Source of the DNA: a virus
Lineage: Duplodnaviria > Heunggongvirae > Uroviricota > Caudoviricetes
DNA: 64,000 nucleotides
Strand: one strand, 5' to 3'
Virus record (IMG/VR): IMGVR_UViG_3300023179_000049
Positions within the stretch are counted from its first letter, which is position 1. Each line of letters starts with the position of its first letter. The position numbers and the translations under genes were made by a program. Of the stretch, positions 1 through 8,601 are shown piece after piece. The notes beneath the pieces were generated by a model, which was not told the origin of the DNA, made no database searches, and was given only the letters and a program-made list of their open reading frames with translations.

Positions 1-124
1 AGTACCATCAACAATCATCCCATCTAATTCAGTATCATTTTTATCTGTATCAAAATTTATTATAAGTTTAGGATATATTCCAACAAAAGTATATGATGGA
101 TTTGTAAGAGTTATAGTTCTAAGA

Positions 125-541
125 TTACTCATAACTTTCTATCCTTTTATCGTTGTATGTTATTGTGATTAGTTTGGTTGGTATGTTTAAGTCATTTAGT
201 AAATGATGTCTTTCTACATCATCTGGTCTTTGGTCTATACCGCCAGTATATATTGGGTTATTGAAAGAGTATGTATATAAATCTTGTCTAATTTCTTTAC
301 AAATTTTATCTGCCAATAATAATCTCTCTTCCAAACTCAACTCCTTTTCTTCAATCTTTAATCCCCACTTTTCATAGAACTCAGAATCGTTTTTACATTT
401 GTTGATGAATTCACCTCTAGTTAATATCCATTCCCCATTTAATATAGGCTTACCACTAACAGATGGAACCGCATTATCATAAAACCATTTAGTATATTCT
501 TGACCAACCAACTCAATAATACCTTCTTGTTCTTTATTCAT
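125..541 (-). CDS. hypothetical protein
   Basis: 138-aa ORF in tightly packed minus-strand gene array; no recognisable motifs. Confidence 0.4.
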   Translation of the reverse strand: MNKEQEGIIELVGQEYTKWFYDNAVPSVSGKPILNGEWILTRGEFINKCKNDSEFYEKWGLKIEEKELSLEERLLLADKICKEIRQDLYTYSFNNPIYTGGIDQRPDDVERHHLLNDLNIPTKLITITYNDKRIESYE

Positions 542-551
542 AACTTTCTAT

Positions 552-971
552 CTACTTATCTTTGTTTTTATTTAAAGTTAATTCTTCACCTGTTAAAACA
601 AAATAAATATTTTGAAGTTGATGAACATAACTAATATCTACCATTGAAAAATCTCTTAAATCATCAAAAGAATTATCTAAAATTGTATATTTTCCATCCC
701 TTCTCCTAACATCTAATTGTAAATAATAATCGTGGTTTGAATCAGTATATGTAATATAATCATTATCGCTTTTATCTATATCCTTAAACCCAAATTTATA
801 CAACCACTTTTCTGTTAATGGTATTGGTTTTGTTCGTTCATAATCCTCTATTGTATCTTGTGTTTCTTCTAAATCGACAACTACACAAGATAAATTATTT
901 ATTTCAATAATCTTAGCAATTCTATTACCTAAATCAACTAAATTACCAATTCTTAATTCATTTGCTTTCAT
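552..971 (-). CDS. hypothetical protein
   Basis: 139-aa ORF, minus-strand array. Confidence 0.4.
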   Translation of the reverse strand: MKANELRIGNLVDLGNRIAKIIEINNLSCVVVDLEETQDTIEDYERTKPIPLTEKWLYKFGFKDIDKSDNDYITYTDSNHDYYLQLDVRRRDGKYTILDNSFDDLRDFSMVDISYVHQLQNIYFVLTGEELTLNKNKDK

Positions 972-980
972 ACTAATCTA

Positions 981-1457
981 TTATTGAGCTGTTATCCATT
1001 TAGCTGTTGGCGAATAAGGATCTTGTAATTCTGATATAGCTTTTATCATATTCGTCGGTTTTTCTGATACGATTATATTCTTTTTAATGCCTTCAAACAC
1101 TGTAATATCATCATAAGGACCAATAATATAAACCATTTCGGTTTTATCTTTATTCAGTTCTACTGTTAATGTTTGGTCAGGATGATAACTATCATAGTAT
1201 ATCTTAACGCCATCAACTTCTCCTATATATAGAATGCCTTGCCAATTAATTCTCTCATACATTTTATTATAGTAATCATCACTATGCTTAAACAAATCTC
1301 TATCTTCATATCCCGAATAAAAAGCATCTGTTATTTGTTCTTTTTCTTTTTGTTTGGCTTGTTGTTTTAATTCTTCAATATATTTGCTTTGTAAACTAAT
1401 TGAGGGGTATAATTGCTCAACTAACCATTCTACAGCTGTTTGGTCTCTTTTACTCAT
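981..1457 (-). CDS. hypothetical protein
   Basis: 158-aa ORF preceded by conserved intergenic motif (1458-1500). Confidence 0.45.
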   Translation of the reverse strand: MSKRDQTAVEWLVEQLYPSISLQSKYIEELKQQAKQKEKEQITDAFYSGYEDRDLFKHSDDYYNKMYERINWQGILYIGEVDGVKIYYDSYHPDQTLTVELNKDKTEMVYIIGPYDDITVFEGIKKNIIVSEKPTNMIKAISELQDPYSPTAKWITAQ

Positions 1458-1500
1458 ATTTAAAAATAATAAAAATATTTCATATTTCCTAATCTTTTAG
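1458..1500 (-). promoter_or_regulatory. conserved intergenic promoter-like motif
   Basis: Minus strand 'AAAAGATTAGGAAATATGAAATATTTTTATTATTTTTAAAT' then ATG. Confidence 0.45.
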
Positions 1501-1502
1501 TA

Positions 1503-1733
1503 TTAATTAAGTTGCACGTAAAGTTCTTCTAAAAACTTAACTATTGCATAACGGCATGAAACATAAATAATAACTAATGATATTATCATCACTAATCCTA
1601 ATGCCCATATTTCTATAAAGTCAAAGTTCAATTCACTTTTAGAGTAGTTAACTTTAGATAAAGCTGTATATCCTAATTTGTAAGGTATTATAATTAAGGA
1701 TATGATTAATAGTATTTCAAAAAGTACATGCAT
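1503..1733 (-). CDS. small hydrophobic (membrane) protein
   Basis: 76 aa, two hydrophobic stretches. Confidence 0.3.
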   Translation of the reverse strand: MHVLFEILLIISLIIIPYKLGYTALSKVNYSKSELNFDFIEIWALGLVMIISLVIIYVSCRYAIVKFLEELYVQLN

Positions 1734-2326
1734 TATATTAAGTATTTTATTATTTTTTCTTTAATGCCACTTTGTTTTATCCCTTCATTAGATCTCGGTG
1801 TATGCACAAAGTTCTTTAATCCTGGTTTTTTATCTAAACCATCTTTATGAGTAAAATTATTGGATAAATACTTAACAGACATATTTAAATCATCTACTGC
1901 GACCCAATTCGTTACCTCTGGATGCTTATCTAGCCAATCCAATATTTCAATTGAACGTTCAAGCTCTTTATCTGCTCTATATCTTAATAAATTCCATGCT
2001 CCGGGGTCTATATCTTCAATTCTTGAAGTAACAGCAATAGGTGCTTTAATAATACCTTGAGACAGGTAATATTCTCCTAGCTCTTCTAAGTTTGCATATA
2101 ATCTCCAATCAGAACTAACTACTATTTCTGCACCAGTTTCTTTTATAATTTCATTTAGTACTTTAATAGCTTTTTCATCAAAGTTATCGAAACGATATTC
2201 AACAGGCATTTCTTTAGAACTCATTGAGGGCGTTAAGTCGCTCCAACTATTTCGTTTTTTAACACGGCTGCCCCAATTATTGGCTAAGCATATTACGCCG
2301 TCGTTATCTAAGAATATTACTTTCAT
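1733..2326 (-). CDS. HAD-superfamily phosphatase/nucleotidase-like protein
   Basis: N-terminal 'FLDNDGVI' resembles HAD motif I (DxDGT/V); later 'WVAVDD' motif-IV-like. Confidence 0.5.
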   Translation of the reverse strand: MKVIFLDNDGVICLANNWGSRVKKRNSWSDLTPSMSSKEMPVEYRFDNFDEKAIKVLNEIIKETGAEIVVSSDWRLYANLEELGEYYLSQGIIKAPIAVTSRIEDIDPGAWNLLRYRADKELERSIEILDWLDKHPEVTNWVAVDDLNMSVKYLSNNFTHKDGLDKKPGLKNFVHTPRSNEGIKQSGIKEKIIKYLI

Positions 2327-2342
2327 ATTTTTTATTTTTAGT

Positions 2343-2475
2343 AGTCAGGGTCGGATTCGAACCGAGTACCGTTCAAGACGGATTAGACAACCTTATAACT
2401 TCTCGCGTCCAAATGGTTATGGACCGTGGTGTTTTTCGGATTCGGGAACCATCCCCTCATTACGCCCACCTGACT
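2343..2475 (-). tRNA. tRNA-like element, 133 nt, non-canonical (possible intron-containing or composite tRNA)
   Basis: Minus-strand 5' AGTCAGG ... CCTGACT 3' gives perfectly complementary 7-nt acceptor ends; canonical T-arm (CTCGG-TTCGAAT-CCGAC) at the 3' side; a second T-arm-like hairpin (GGAT-GGTTCCCGA-ATCC) plus 'ACCA' internally; too long for a plain tRNA. Confidence 0.4.
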
Positions 2476-2485
2476 ATTTTTTTGA

Positions 2486-2573
2486 ACTCAGAGCGGGACT
2501 TGAACCCGCATCTCCTATACCAATATAGGGCGTTACCAATTGTGGTATTCATTCCCACTTACGCCATCTGAGT
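2486..2573 (-). tRNA. tRNA-like gene, 88 nt, long variable arm (type II-like), anticodon not resolved by hand
   Basis: Minus strand 5' ACTCAGA...GCGGG-TTCAAGT-CCCGC-TCTGAGT 3': 7-bp acceptor stem, perfect 5-bp T-stem with TTCAAGT loop, 6-bp extra hairpin CCTATA-TTGG-TATAGG; D/anticodon region not canonical by eye; CCA not encoded. Confidence 0.5.
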
Positions 2574-2583
2574 TATCTATTTA

Positions 2584-3411
2584 TTACTGAATAGATTTAA
2601 ATAAGGTTGGTACTTGACCATATGTTGGTAATGCACCGTTCCATTTATTAATAAATTGTTGCTGTAATAAATTCTCCGTTAAAGTTGCTTGTCTTAATCT
2701 ATTAGCTTCTGCTTCAGCACGAGCGGTCGTTAACATTGCTTGAGCCTCACCATCTGCTTGAGCTACTTTAATTTTAGCTTGAGCTTCTGCTGTTTTTACT
2801 TGATTCTCAGCTTGAAGGGCTTGTTGTACTGCATTATTCTTAGCATTAATCGCATTCTTAAATGATTCCGGATATACTAAGTTACTTGTTAATTGCTGCA
2901 CAATAAATCCTTCTGAAGTTAATCGACTATGTAAGTCTTTCATTACTAATGTTTCGAACTTTTGTCTATTACTTATTAAACTATCTGCATTAAATTCATT
3001 AGCCGCGACACGAAATACGTCCTGGACTGTTGTCTTTAAAAATGCTACTTCTAGATCTTCTAAGTCTTTACGATATTTTCTATAGATATCTGGAGCTTTA
3101 TCTGGTACGATACTATAATTGATAATAGGATTTACGGCAAATTCGCTTCCGTCTTTTGAATTTACAACGAACCCATGCTCTCCTATATATTCAACGTGTC
3201 TAACGAATGTCGGCCACTCAATAACTGTTGATGTAAGAGGATTGTAAAATGTCCACCCCGTAACATACACAATGTCATTTACTCCTTTGTCATCTCCAAA
3301 GTAAGAAACTTTCATACCTACATGTCCAGCGTCAATACGCGCACAACTTCCTAAGCTAAGTAATGAAATGGCACCCAGTACCATTAACACTGATTTGATT
3401 TTGTTTTTCAT
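2584..3411 (-). CDS. SPFH/band-7 (prohibitin/HflC-like) lipoprotein
   Basis: Signal peptide with lipobox 'LSLGSC'; Ala/Gln/Glu-rich coiled region 'QAENQVKTAEAQAKIKVAQADGEAQAMLTTARAEAEANRLRQ' typical of SPFH C-terminus. Confidence 0.65.
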   Translation of the reverse strand: MKNKIKSVLMVLGAISLLSLGSCARIDAGHVGMKVSYFGDDKGVNDIVYVTGWTFYNPLTSTVIEWPTFVRHVEYIGEHGFVVNSKDGSEFAVNPIINYSIVPDKAPDIYRKYRKDLEDLEVAFLKTTVQDVFRVAANEFNADSLISNRQKFETLVMKDLHSRLTSEGFIVQQLTSNLVYPESFKNAINAKNNAVQQALQAENQVKTAEAQAKIKVAQADGEAQAMLTTARAEAEANRLRQATLTENLLQQQFINKWNGALPTYGQVPTLFKSIQ

Positions 3412-3419
3412 TTTTGTTT

Positions 3420-3617
3420 TTATTTATTTAATATAAGTTTTTTAAATGTATACCAATTGGCCATAATTAAGAAGTATATTAATATTGTACCTGCAAAGAA
3501 CATAAATGTGCTAGACATATTAAGCATTGGCAAAATAATATATTCTAATAAAGAAATACTAATCGAAATTTGTACGAATCCTAAAAGGAGTGGGTTGTTT
3601 TTGAAAAATTTTATCAT
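3420..3617 (-). CDS. small membrane protein
   Basis: 65 aa, two hydrophobic helices; preceded by conserved intergenic motif. Confidence 0.3.
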   Translation of the reverse strand: MIKFFKNNPLLLGFVQISISISLLEYIILPMLNMSSTFMFFAGTILIYFLIMANWYTFKKLILNK

Positions 3618-3691
3618 AACTAATTTTAATTTCTAATATACTTAAAGATAAAGAAAACATTTCATATTTCCTAATCTTTTTTAAGTTTTTT
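3618..3691 (-). promoter_or_regulatory. conserved intergenic promoter-like motif
   Basis: Minus strand 'AAAAGATTAGGAAATATGAAATGTTTTCTTTATCTTTAAGTATATTAGAAAT'. Confidence 0.45.
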
Positions 3692-4783
3692 TCATTCATA
3701 ATCTCGTATCGCTATTACGTACGGAAATCTTGGTATATTATCAGGTGTTAAGTTAAAATACTTAATCGTAGCTTCTTTTCCGATTAACGATTCTTTATCT
3801 TTTAACATTTGTTGGCATATTTCCCAGTTAAACTTAGGAGAAGCATTAAATATTTTGCCATTAGCATTCTTAAATACAAAAGAACCCACCATTCCGGCTT
3901 TGTTTCCATTACCTTCTTCAATATCAATGATCGTATATTCTTCGTCTATAAAGGACTTATTCTTTAATAAAGACTTTGTTCTTTTATGCTCATATTGAGC
4001 GTCTAATCGTATCATTTGACCCTCATATCCCAAAGAAATATAATCTTCGTAGAAGGCATCTACATCATTAAAATTGTCTACTTGCTCTGTTTGTACAACA
4101 ACAATAGACTCATGATAATTTGTAAGCATTTTATGAAGATGTTGGAATCTTGGAACAAATGTGGCATTATAACTTGGTAAATCATATATATGATACTGAA
4201 TCTTTTCCTTTGATTCGTTAATATCTTCTTTTGTTGGCTTTGTTTTCTTTACTAACGAACATATCGCATTAAAATCGTTAGCAAATTTATCAGCATAAAG
4301 TTCTCCGTCAAAAATAAGATATGGATTAATTTCAAATAACGGTTTAAGACATTCATATATATGTGGGGCAGATATAATAGGTTTACCGCTTCGCGTCCAC
4401 ATACCATCTTTTTTAACGATACATCTTATCCCGTCTAATTTTGGCTGAGAAAATGCTGGAAATACTATTTTATTTTTATAATCCTCCCATTTATTAGCTA
4501 ACATTGGCTCGAAATAAATAGGAATATCAATATCATTAATATTTTCAAATGCGCCCTTTTCCATTTTCTTACGATGAATAGCTGTTGATTCATTAATGGC
4601 TTGTTCCTCTGCTGTCGTAGCATTTGCTCTTCCTATATTTTTAGGCTCGCAAACAGTCCATTCTGATGTTGTTTTAACTCCGTCTACATAACCGGATATC
4701 GTACGATATTTATTAGATTCGACTTCAATAGTCCATTCTAAAATCTTTCCTGTGGTCGCGCGTGAATATAATGTTCTTTTCAT
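3692..4783 (-). CDS. ATP-dependent DNA ligase
   Basis: Motif I 'PKLDGIRCI' (KxDG adenylation lysine), motif III 'FDGELY', motif IV-like 'EGQMIRLD', motif V 'KSLLKNK'. Confidence 0.75.
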   Translation of the reverse strand: MKRTLYSRATTGKILEWTIEVESNKYRTISGYVDGVKTTSEWTVCEPKNIGRANATTAEEQAINESTAIHRKKMEKGAFENINDIDIPIYFEPMLANKWEDYKNKIVFPAFSQPKLDGIRCIVKKDGMWTRSGKPIISAPHIYECLKPLFEINPYLIFDGELYADKFANDFNAICSLVKKTKPTKEDINESKEKIQYHIYDLPSYNATFVPRFQHLHKMLTNYHESIVVVQTEQVDNFNDVDAFYEDYISLGYEGQMIRLDAQYEHKRTKSLLKNKSFIDEEYTIIDIEEGNGNKAGMVGSFVFKNANGKIFNASPKFNWEICQQMLKDKESLIGKEATIKYFNLTPDNIPRFPYVIAIRDYE

Positions 4784-4842
4784 ACTTTATTTTCTAATAT
4801 ACTTAAAGATAAGGAAAACAATTCAAATTTCCAAATAAAAAG
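4784..4842 (-). promoter_or_regulatory. conserved intergenic promoter-like motif (variant) downstream of terminator
   Basis: Minus strand 'TTTGGAAATTTGAATTGTTTTCCTTATCTTTAAGTATATTAGAAAAT'. Confidence 0.4.
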
Positions 4843-4865
4843 TAAAAAAGGGACCTAAGTCCCTT
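4843..4865 (-). terminator. rho-independent terminator
   Basis: Minus-strand hairpin GGGACTTAGGTCCC followed by T-run, directly after stop of 4885..5172. Confidence 0.6.
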
Positions 4866-4884
4866 ATTATTAATGCATTAAAGT

Positions 4885-5172
4885 TTATTCATCACCATCT
4901 TCAAAAAATCCTAAAGACTTCGCTCGAGCATATCCAACAAACTTACCATTTTCTGGGTTAAGATATTGTCTTTTAGATTTAGGTAATGATTCTTGATACT
5001 CAATATCTGTTTTATATTTTTTAAGATAAGTTTTATCCCAATCTATTCTTACTTCTAAAAGTTGTCCTTTGTCATTATAAACCCATGTATCAGTGCTTAT
5101 TTCGTCTGTAAGAATAATTTCTTTTTTAGAAGGTTTTTTATTTAATATTTCTTCTTTGTTGTTTTTTGCCAT
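4885..5172 (-). CDS. hypothetical protein
   Basis: 95-aa ORF followed by terminator. Confidence 0.4.
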   Translation of the reverse strand: MAKNNKEEILNKKPSKKEIILTDEISTDTWVYNDKGQLLEVRIDWDKTYLKKYKTDIEYQESLPKSKRQYLNPENGKFVGYARAKSLGFFEDGDE

Positions 5173-5187
5173 TATCTTAATTTTTCT

Positions 5188-5691
5188 TTACAAATAAAAA
5201 TCTTTGTGATATGGTAAAGTACTGTTATTCAATGTATTATTTTTAGTTTCATCCTCTAATATACGTTCTTCTGTAGAAAGAAGTCCTTTTCCGAACTGCT
5301 TTAATCTTTTCCAATAACGTTCTTTTACTCGATTAGATATACGAATTGGATTTCCTTCATCATCAATTCGTACGAACTTCATTTTTGTATGAGTTACAAT
5401 TTCTTGAATGCCTGTATATACGTTATGCTTTCTGGCTTCAATATATAATGTTATAGAAGTATTTCCGAATTCTGATACTTCTCCATAAATCTTTATAATA
5501 TTTCCTAACTTCGTGGGTTTTTTAAAGATAAACTCATCTACTTTTATAGTAATCATTCTGGGTGTATCACAAATTTGAGCAGAATATACTGCAGAAGCTT
5601 CATCTACCCACCCGACTAATGTACCTCCAAACATATTGTTATGAATACCAATATCCGATGCTTTACATATATGTGTACTTATTAGTTCCAT
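5188..5691 (-). CDS. hotdog-fold acyl-CoA thioesterase-like protein
   Basis: 'HNNMFGGTLVGWVDEASAVYSA' resembles YciA/4HBT thioesterase active-site region. Confidence 0.5.
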   Translation of the reverse strand: MELISTHICKASDIGIHNNMFGGTLVGWVDEASAVYSAQICDTPRMITIKVDEFIFKKPTKLGNIIKIYGEVSEFGNTSITLYIEARKHNVYTGIQEIVTHTKMKFVRIDDEGNPIRISNRVKERYWKRLKQFGKGLLSTEERILEDETKNNTLNNSTLPYHKDFYL

Positions 5692-5692
5692 G

Positions 5693-6412
5693 TTATTTAT
5701 TATTGTGATAATCTATTAATTTCCATTTACCGTCTTTTGTTTCTACTAATGCCGTACAATTTTCACACCAATCTCCAGAATTCATATATTCGTCTTTTAA
5801 AGATGGTTGATGAATATGTCCGCATATTGCTACTTGACATCCTTTTCCCTTTGCTAATCTAACAGCATTTATTTCAAAATCATTTATAAAATTCGTAGCT
5901 TTCTTAATACCATTTTTAATATCCTTGGATATTGAATAGTATGGTAATTTTCTCCATGCTCTCCAACGATTATACCAACGGTTTATCCAAAGCGCAATAT
6001 CATATCCAATACTACCAATATAAGCTAACCACTTTACTTTTGTAATAAAGACATCTAATATATCTCCATGAAATATATAATAACGAATTTGATTACTTTG
6101 ATGAATCCAATACTCTACAATCTTAATATTTCCTAGATCAAATGGAATAAAGTCTTTTAAGAATTCATCATGATTACCTCTAAGCCAAACAACATTAGTA
6201 CCTGTTTCAGATATTTTTAATAGTTTACGAATGATCTTAGTGTCTTTTTTGGTCCATTTACTTCCTCTTTGTAAAGACCACCCATCAATAATATCTCCGT
6301 TTAAGATTAATGTTTCTGTAGATAATTTATCTAAGAAATCTAATATATCATCTCTTCTCGATGCTTTACTTCCTAAATGCAGATCTGATATTATTACTGT
6401 ATTATATTTCAT
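5693..6412 (-). CDS. calcineurin-like metallophosphoesterase (LpxH-like)
   Basis: Motifs 'ISDLHLG', 'LNGDIIDGW', 'LRGNHDEF', 'CGHIHQP' = phosphoesterase motifs I-V in LpxH-like arrangement. Confidence 0.6.
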   Translation of the reverse strand: MKYNTVIISDLHLGSKASRRDDILDFLDKLSTETLILNGDIIDGWSLQRGSKWTKKDTKIIRKLLKISETGTNVVWLRGNHDEFLKDFIPFDLGNIKIVEYWIHQSNQIRYYIFHGDILDVFITKVKWLAYIGSIGYDIALWINRWYNRWRAWRKLPYYSISKDIKNGIKKATNFINDFEINAVRLAKGKGCQVAICGHIHQPSLKDEYMNSGDWCENCTALVETKDGKWKLIDYHNNK

Positions 6413-7107
6413 TGCCAGTAATTATAATCTTCTTTGAAAAATGTATCATCATGTCTGTTAAACCAACATCTTATCATTAACATACACATATATAATACTC
6501 CTTTATTTTTAAATCTTCTTGAGGAAGTGCTAGCATAGAAATTAAAGATCTTAAAATATTTTGGATTAGCTTTCATCGATAAATGAAAATCTTCTGCAAA
6601 CTTATCTTCTTCATTAAACTGACCCAACTCCTTAAAGTATTCTGAATTAAAAAGCATAAATCCTCCAACTGCAAATGGCGACTTGAATGATATAATCCAC
6701 TGAACTAAATCAAATACTTTATATACTAAAGCATATTTCATATCCCAGGTAGTTATATTGCAGGTAGCTAACTTAATGTCATTAATAATCATTTTAGATA
6801 CTATATAATGTAAAGGTACATCAGTTACATCCATATCGGCATCTAAGAATAAAACATAAGGAGTTTTAACTTCTTTAAATCCATTATTACGAGCAATTGC
6901 CGGAAGACCTCCTTTAACTACTTTAATGTCATTTATACCTAAAGCAACTAATTGATCTATATAATCTAATGTATCATCTGTAGAAGAATCTGCTATAATA
7001 ATATTACAACTATGCATGGATAGTAATTTTACTAATGTATTTGCTAATCCAACTCCTTCGTTCTTACACGGAATAACAATTGTTAAGTTATCTTTAAGAT
7101 TTATCAT
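6409..7107 (-). CDS. family 2 glycosyltransferase (GT-A fold)
   Basis: 'IVIPCKNEG', 'ADSSTDDT', DxD 'LDADMD'. Confidence 0.7.
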   Translation of the reverse strand: MINLKDNLTIVIPCKNEGVGLANTLVKLLSMHSCNIIIADSSTDDTLDYIDQLVALGINDIKVVKGGLPAIARNNGFKEVKTPYVLFLDADMDVTDVPLHYIVSKMIINDIKLATCNITTWDMKYALVYKVFDLVQWIISFKSPFAVGGFMLFNSEYFKELGQFNEEDKFAEDFHLSMKANPKYFKIFNFYASTSSRRFKNKGVLYMCMLMIRCWFNRHDDTFFKEDYNYWQ

Positions 7108-7390
7108 ATAATACCTCCGTAATTGGTTCTAAAGTACCGTAAATATCCATTTTAGTTTTTAATTCTTTTGCTTTATTAATATACCAAGAAGCTTTCTTAG
7201 CGTCTTGCTCTAATGGTTGATCTGGTTTATCTCCCATACGCATTTTATATTTGAAAGCATTCATTTCACAAAACGCAATTGTTTTTTCAATGCCCCAAAT
7301 ATCTATCATCATATTAATTACTTCTTTACTGAATGTATTATAATGCTTAGGGTGATTAACGTGTTCGTAATTATTATTTGGTGTTGTCAT
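7094..7390 (-). CDS. DUF3310-like small protein
   Basis: 'HPKHY...IDIWGIE...FCEMNAFKYKMRMGDK' pattern recalled from phage DUF3310 family. Confidence 0.35.
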   Translation of the reverse strand: MTTPNNNYEHVNHPKHYNTFSKEVINMMIDIWGIEKTIAFCEMNAFKYKMRMGDKPDQPLEQDAKKASWYINKAKELKTKMDIYGTLEPITEVLYDKS

Positions 7391-7392
7391 TT

Positions 7393-7608
7393 TTATTTTA
7401 TTTTATTAAAGAATCTTCTTACGATATATCCTCGTGCTATTGATAAGAATGTAAATAATATTGTAGCCATTCCCAATTGACTGTAAGTATATTTCATTCC
7501 AACCATACTGTATATAATAGGGCTAAAGATAAGAGTTGTTAAGATTCCAATACCAGTATTAGTAATACTTTCGAGTATCGAATGTTTTTTAGTTTGTTGT
7601 CCCATCAT
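7393..7608 (-). CDS. small membrane protein
   Basis: 71 aa, hydrophobic. Confidence 0.3.
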   Translation of the reverse strand: MMGQQTKKHSILESITNTGIGILTTLIFSPIIYSMVGMKYTYSQLGMATILFTFLSIARGYIVRRFFNKIK

Positions 7609-7852
7609 TTTTATCTAAGTTACTGTATTTGGCTGATGCATATGTTCCAATCATACCTCCTATTGTTGCTGGTATTAATGCCCAATGATCTTCAATATAA
7701 CTAATAGCAGTAAATGCGCCGCATAACATAATTAAAGCCCCGAATATTGAAGCTTTGATGGCTTGATGTTTTGCCATTGCTTTAATATAAATGCCCCAAA
7801 AATAATCTGTAGCCATCATTATAAAAAATACTAATATATAAGTATAATCCAT
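7589..7852 (-). CDS. small membrane protein
   Basis: 87 aa, three hydrophobic segments. Confidence 0.3.
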   Translation of the reverse strand: MDYTYILVFFIMMATDYFWGIYIKAMAKHQAIKASIFGALIMLCGAFTAISYIEDHWALIPATIGGMIGTYASAKYSNLDKNDGTTN

Positions 7853-7853
7853 T

Positions 7854-8375
7854 TTATTTAGTTGTTTTTGTTTTTTTAGCAGCTACTTTCTTTGGCTTAG
7901 CTGTTGGTATTGTTTTATTTAATATAATAGCTTCGACTTGTGCTTCAGTATATCCATACTTAGAAACTATTTTAACAATCGCCTCTATATTATTAGATTC
8001 TGTTAAGATATTTAAGTATTCATATGCTTGAGTCTTCGAGCATTCATATTCTTGGGCGATTAAGCTAGTTAGATGATCATTATAAGCACTATCCTTTGTT
8101 CCCTTTATCCAAGTACTATAATAACTTCTCTTTGGTAATAGCTCGTTAAAGAACGTATATACTTCCCTAGGAGATAAATCTGATGATATGGCATAACGTT
8201 GAAATTCATTACATATCTCTAATAAATCAGGATGCATCGAAAGAATCATAATAATCATGAAAGGCTCTACTGCATTCTTTTCTTCATCGCTAAGATCGGA
8301 CCACTTTCTTTCTGTTGTGGTCATCACTTTCACAATATTAAATACACTTACTCTTTTATTTTCTTGTTCTGCCAT
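7854..8375 (-). CDS. hypothetical protein (position of clamp-loader small subunit gp62 in T4-like order)
   Basis: 173 aa directly downstream of gp44-like gene; Lys-rich C-terminus; assignment by synteny only. Confidence 0.3.
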   Translation of the reverse strand: MAEQENKRVSVFNIVKVMTTTERKWSDLSDEEKNAVEPFMIIMILSMHPDLLEICNEFQRYAISSDLSPREVYTFFNELLPKRSYYSTWIKGTKDSAYNDHLTSLIAQEYECSKTQAYEYLNILTESNNIEAIVKIVSKYGYTEAQVEAIILNKTIPTAKPKKVAAKKTKTTK

Positions 8376-8596
8376 TATGGTTGAGGAAATCTACTTGGAA
8401 TAGAGCCGCATGCACTGCATCTATATGTTTCTACAGGAATAAGTTCTTCTTTTCCTGACGGAGACATCATAGGTGATAATTCTTTAAAAAACATCACCGG
8501 AAAAAATGTAGTATTCTCACATAAATTATGCTCTTCATCTAAAACAGCACACGTCATTGTTGGTTGCTCTGATAGTTTTATATTTAAATTTTCCAT
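8375..8596 (-). CDS. small Cys-containing protein (possible zinc ribbon)
   Basis: 73 aa with CxxxxxC ... CxxC. Confidence 0.3.
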   Translation of the reverse strand: MENLNIKLSEQPTMTCAVLDEEHNLCENTTFFPVMFFKELSPMMSPSGKEELIPVETYRCSACGSIPSRFPQP

Positions 8597-8601
8597 GTTG
8601 T

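Noticed and set aside
1860-2060. Plus-strand ORFs from the six-frame track (e.g. 1860..2060, 6231..6437, 7217..7480, 12104..12313, 14599..14823, 19149..19523, 21151..21456, 31693..31962, 51394..51792, 52639..52878, 55834..56082)
   Set aside because: Every one lies entirely inside a longer, motif-supported minus-strand gene. They are low-complexity and have no start context. They look like antisense artefacts of an AT-rich, single-orientation genome.
2280-2528. 82-aa plus-strand ORF overlapping the tRNA-like region
   Set aside because: It spans the two tRNA-like elements, whose acceptor and T-arm structure explains the sequence better. The 'protein' is low-complexity.
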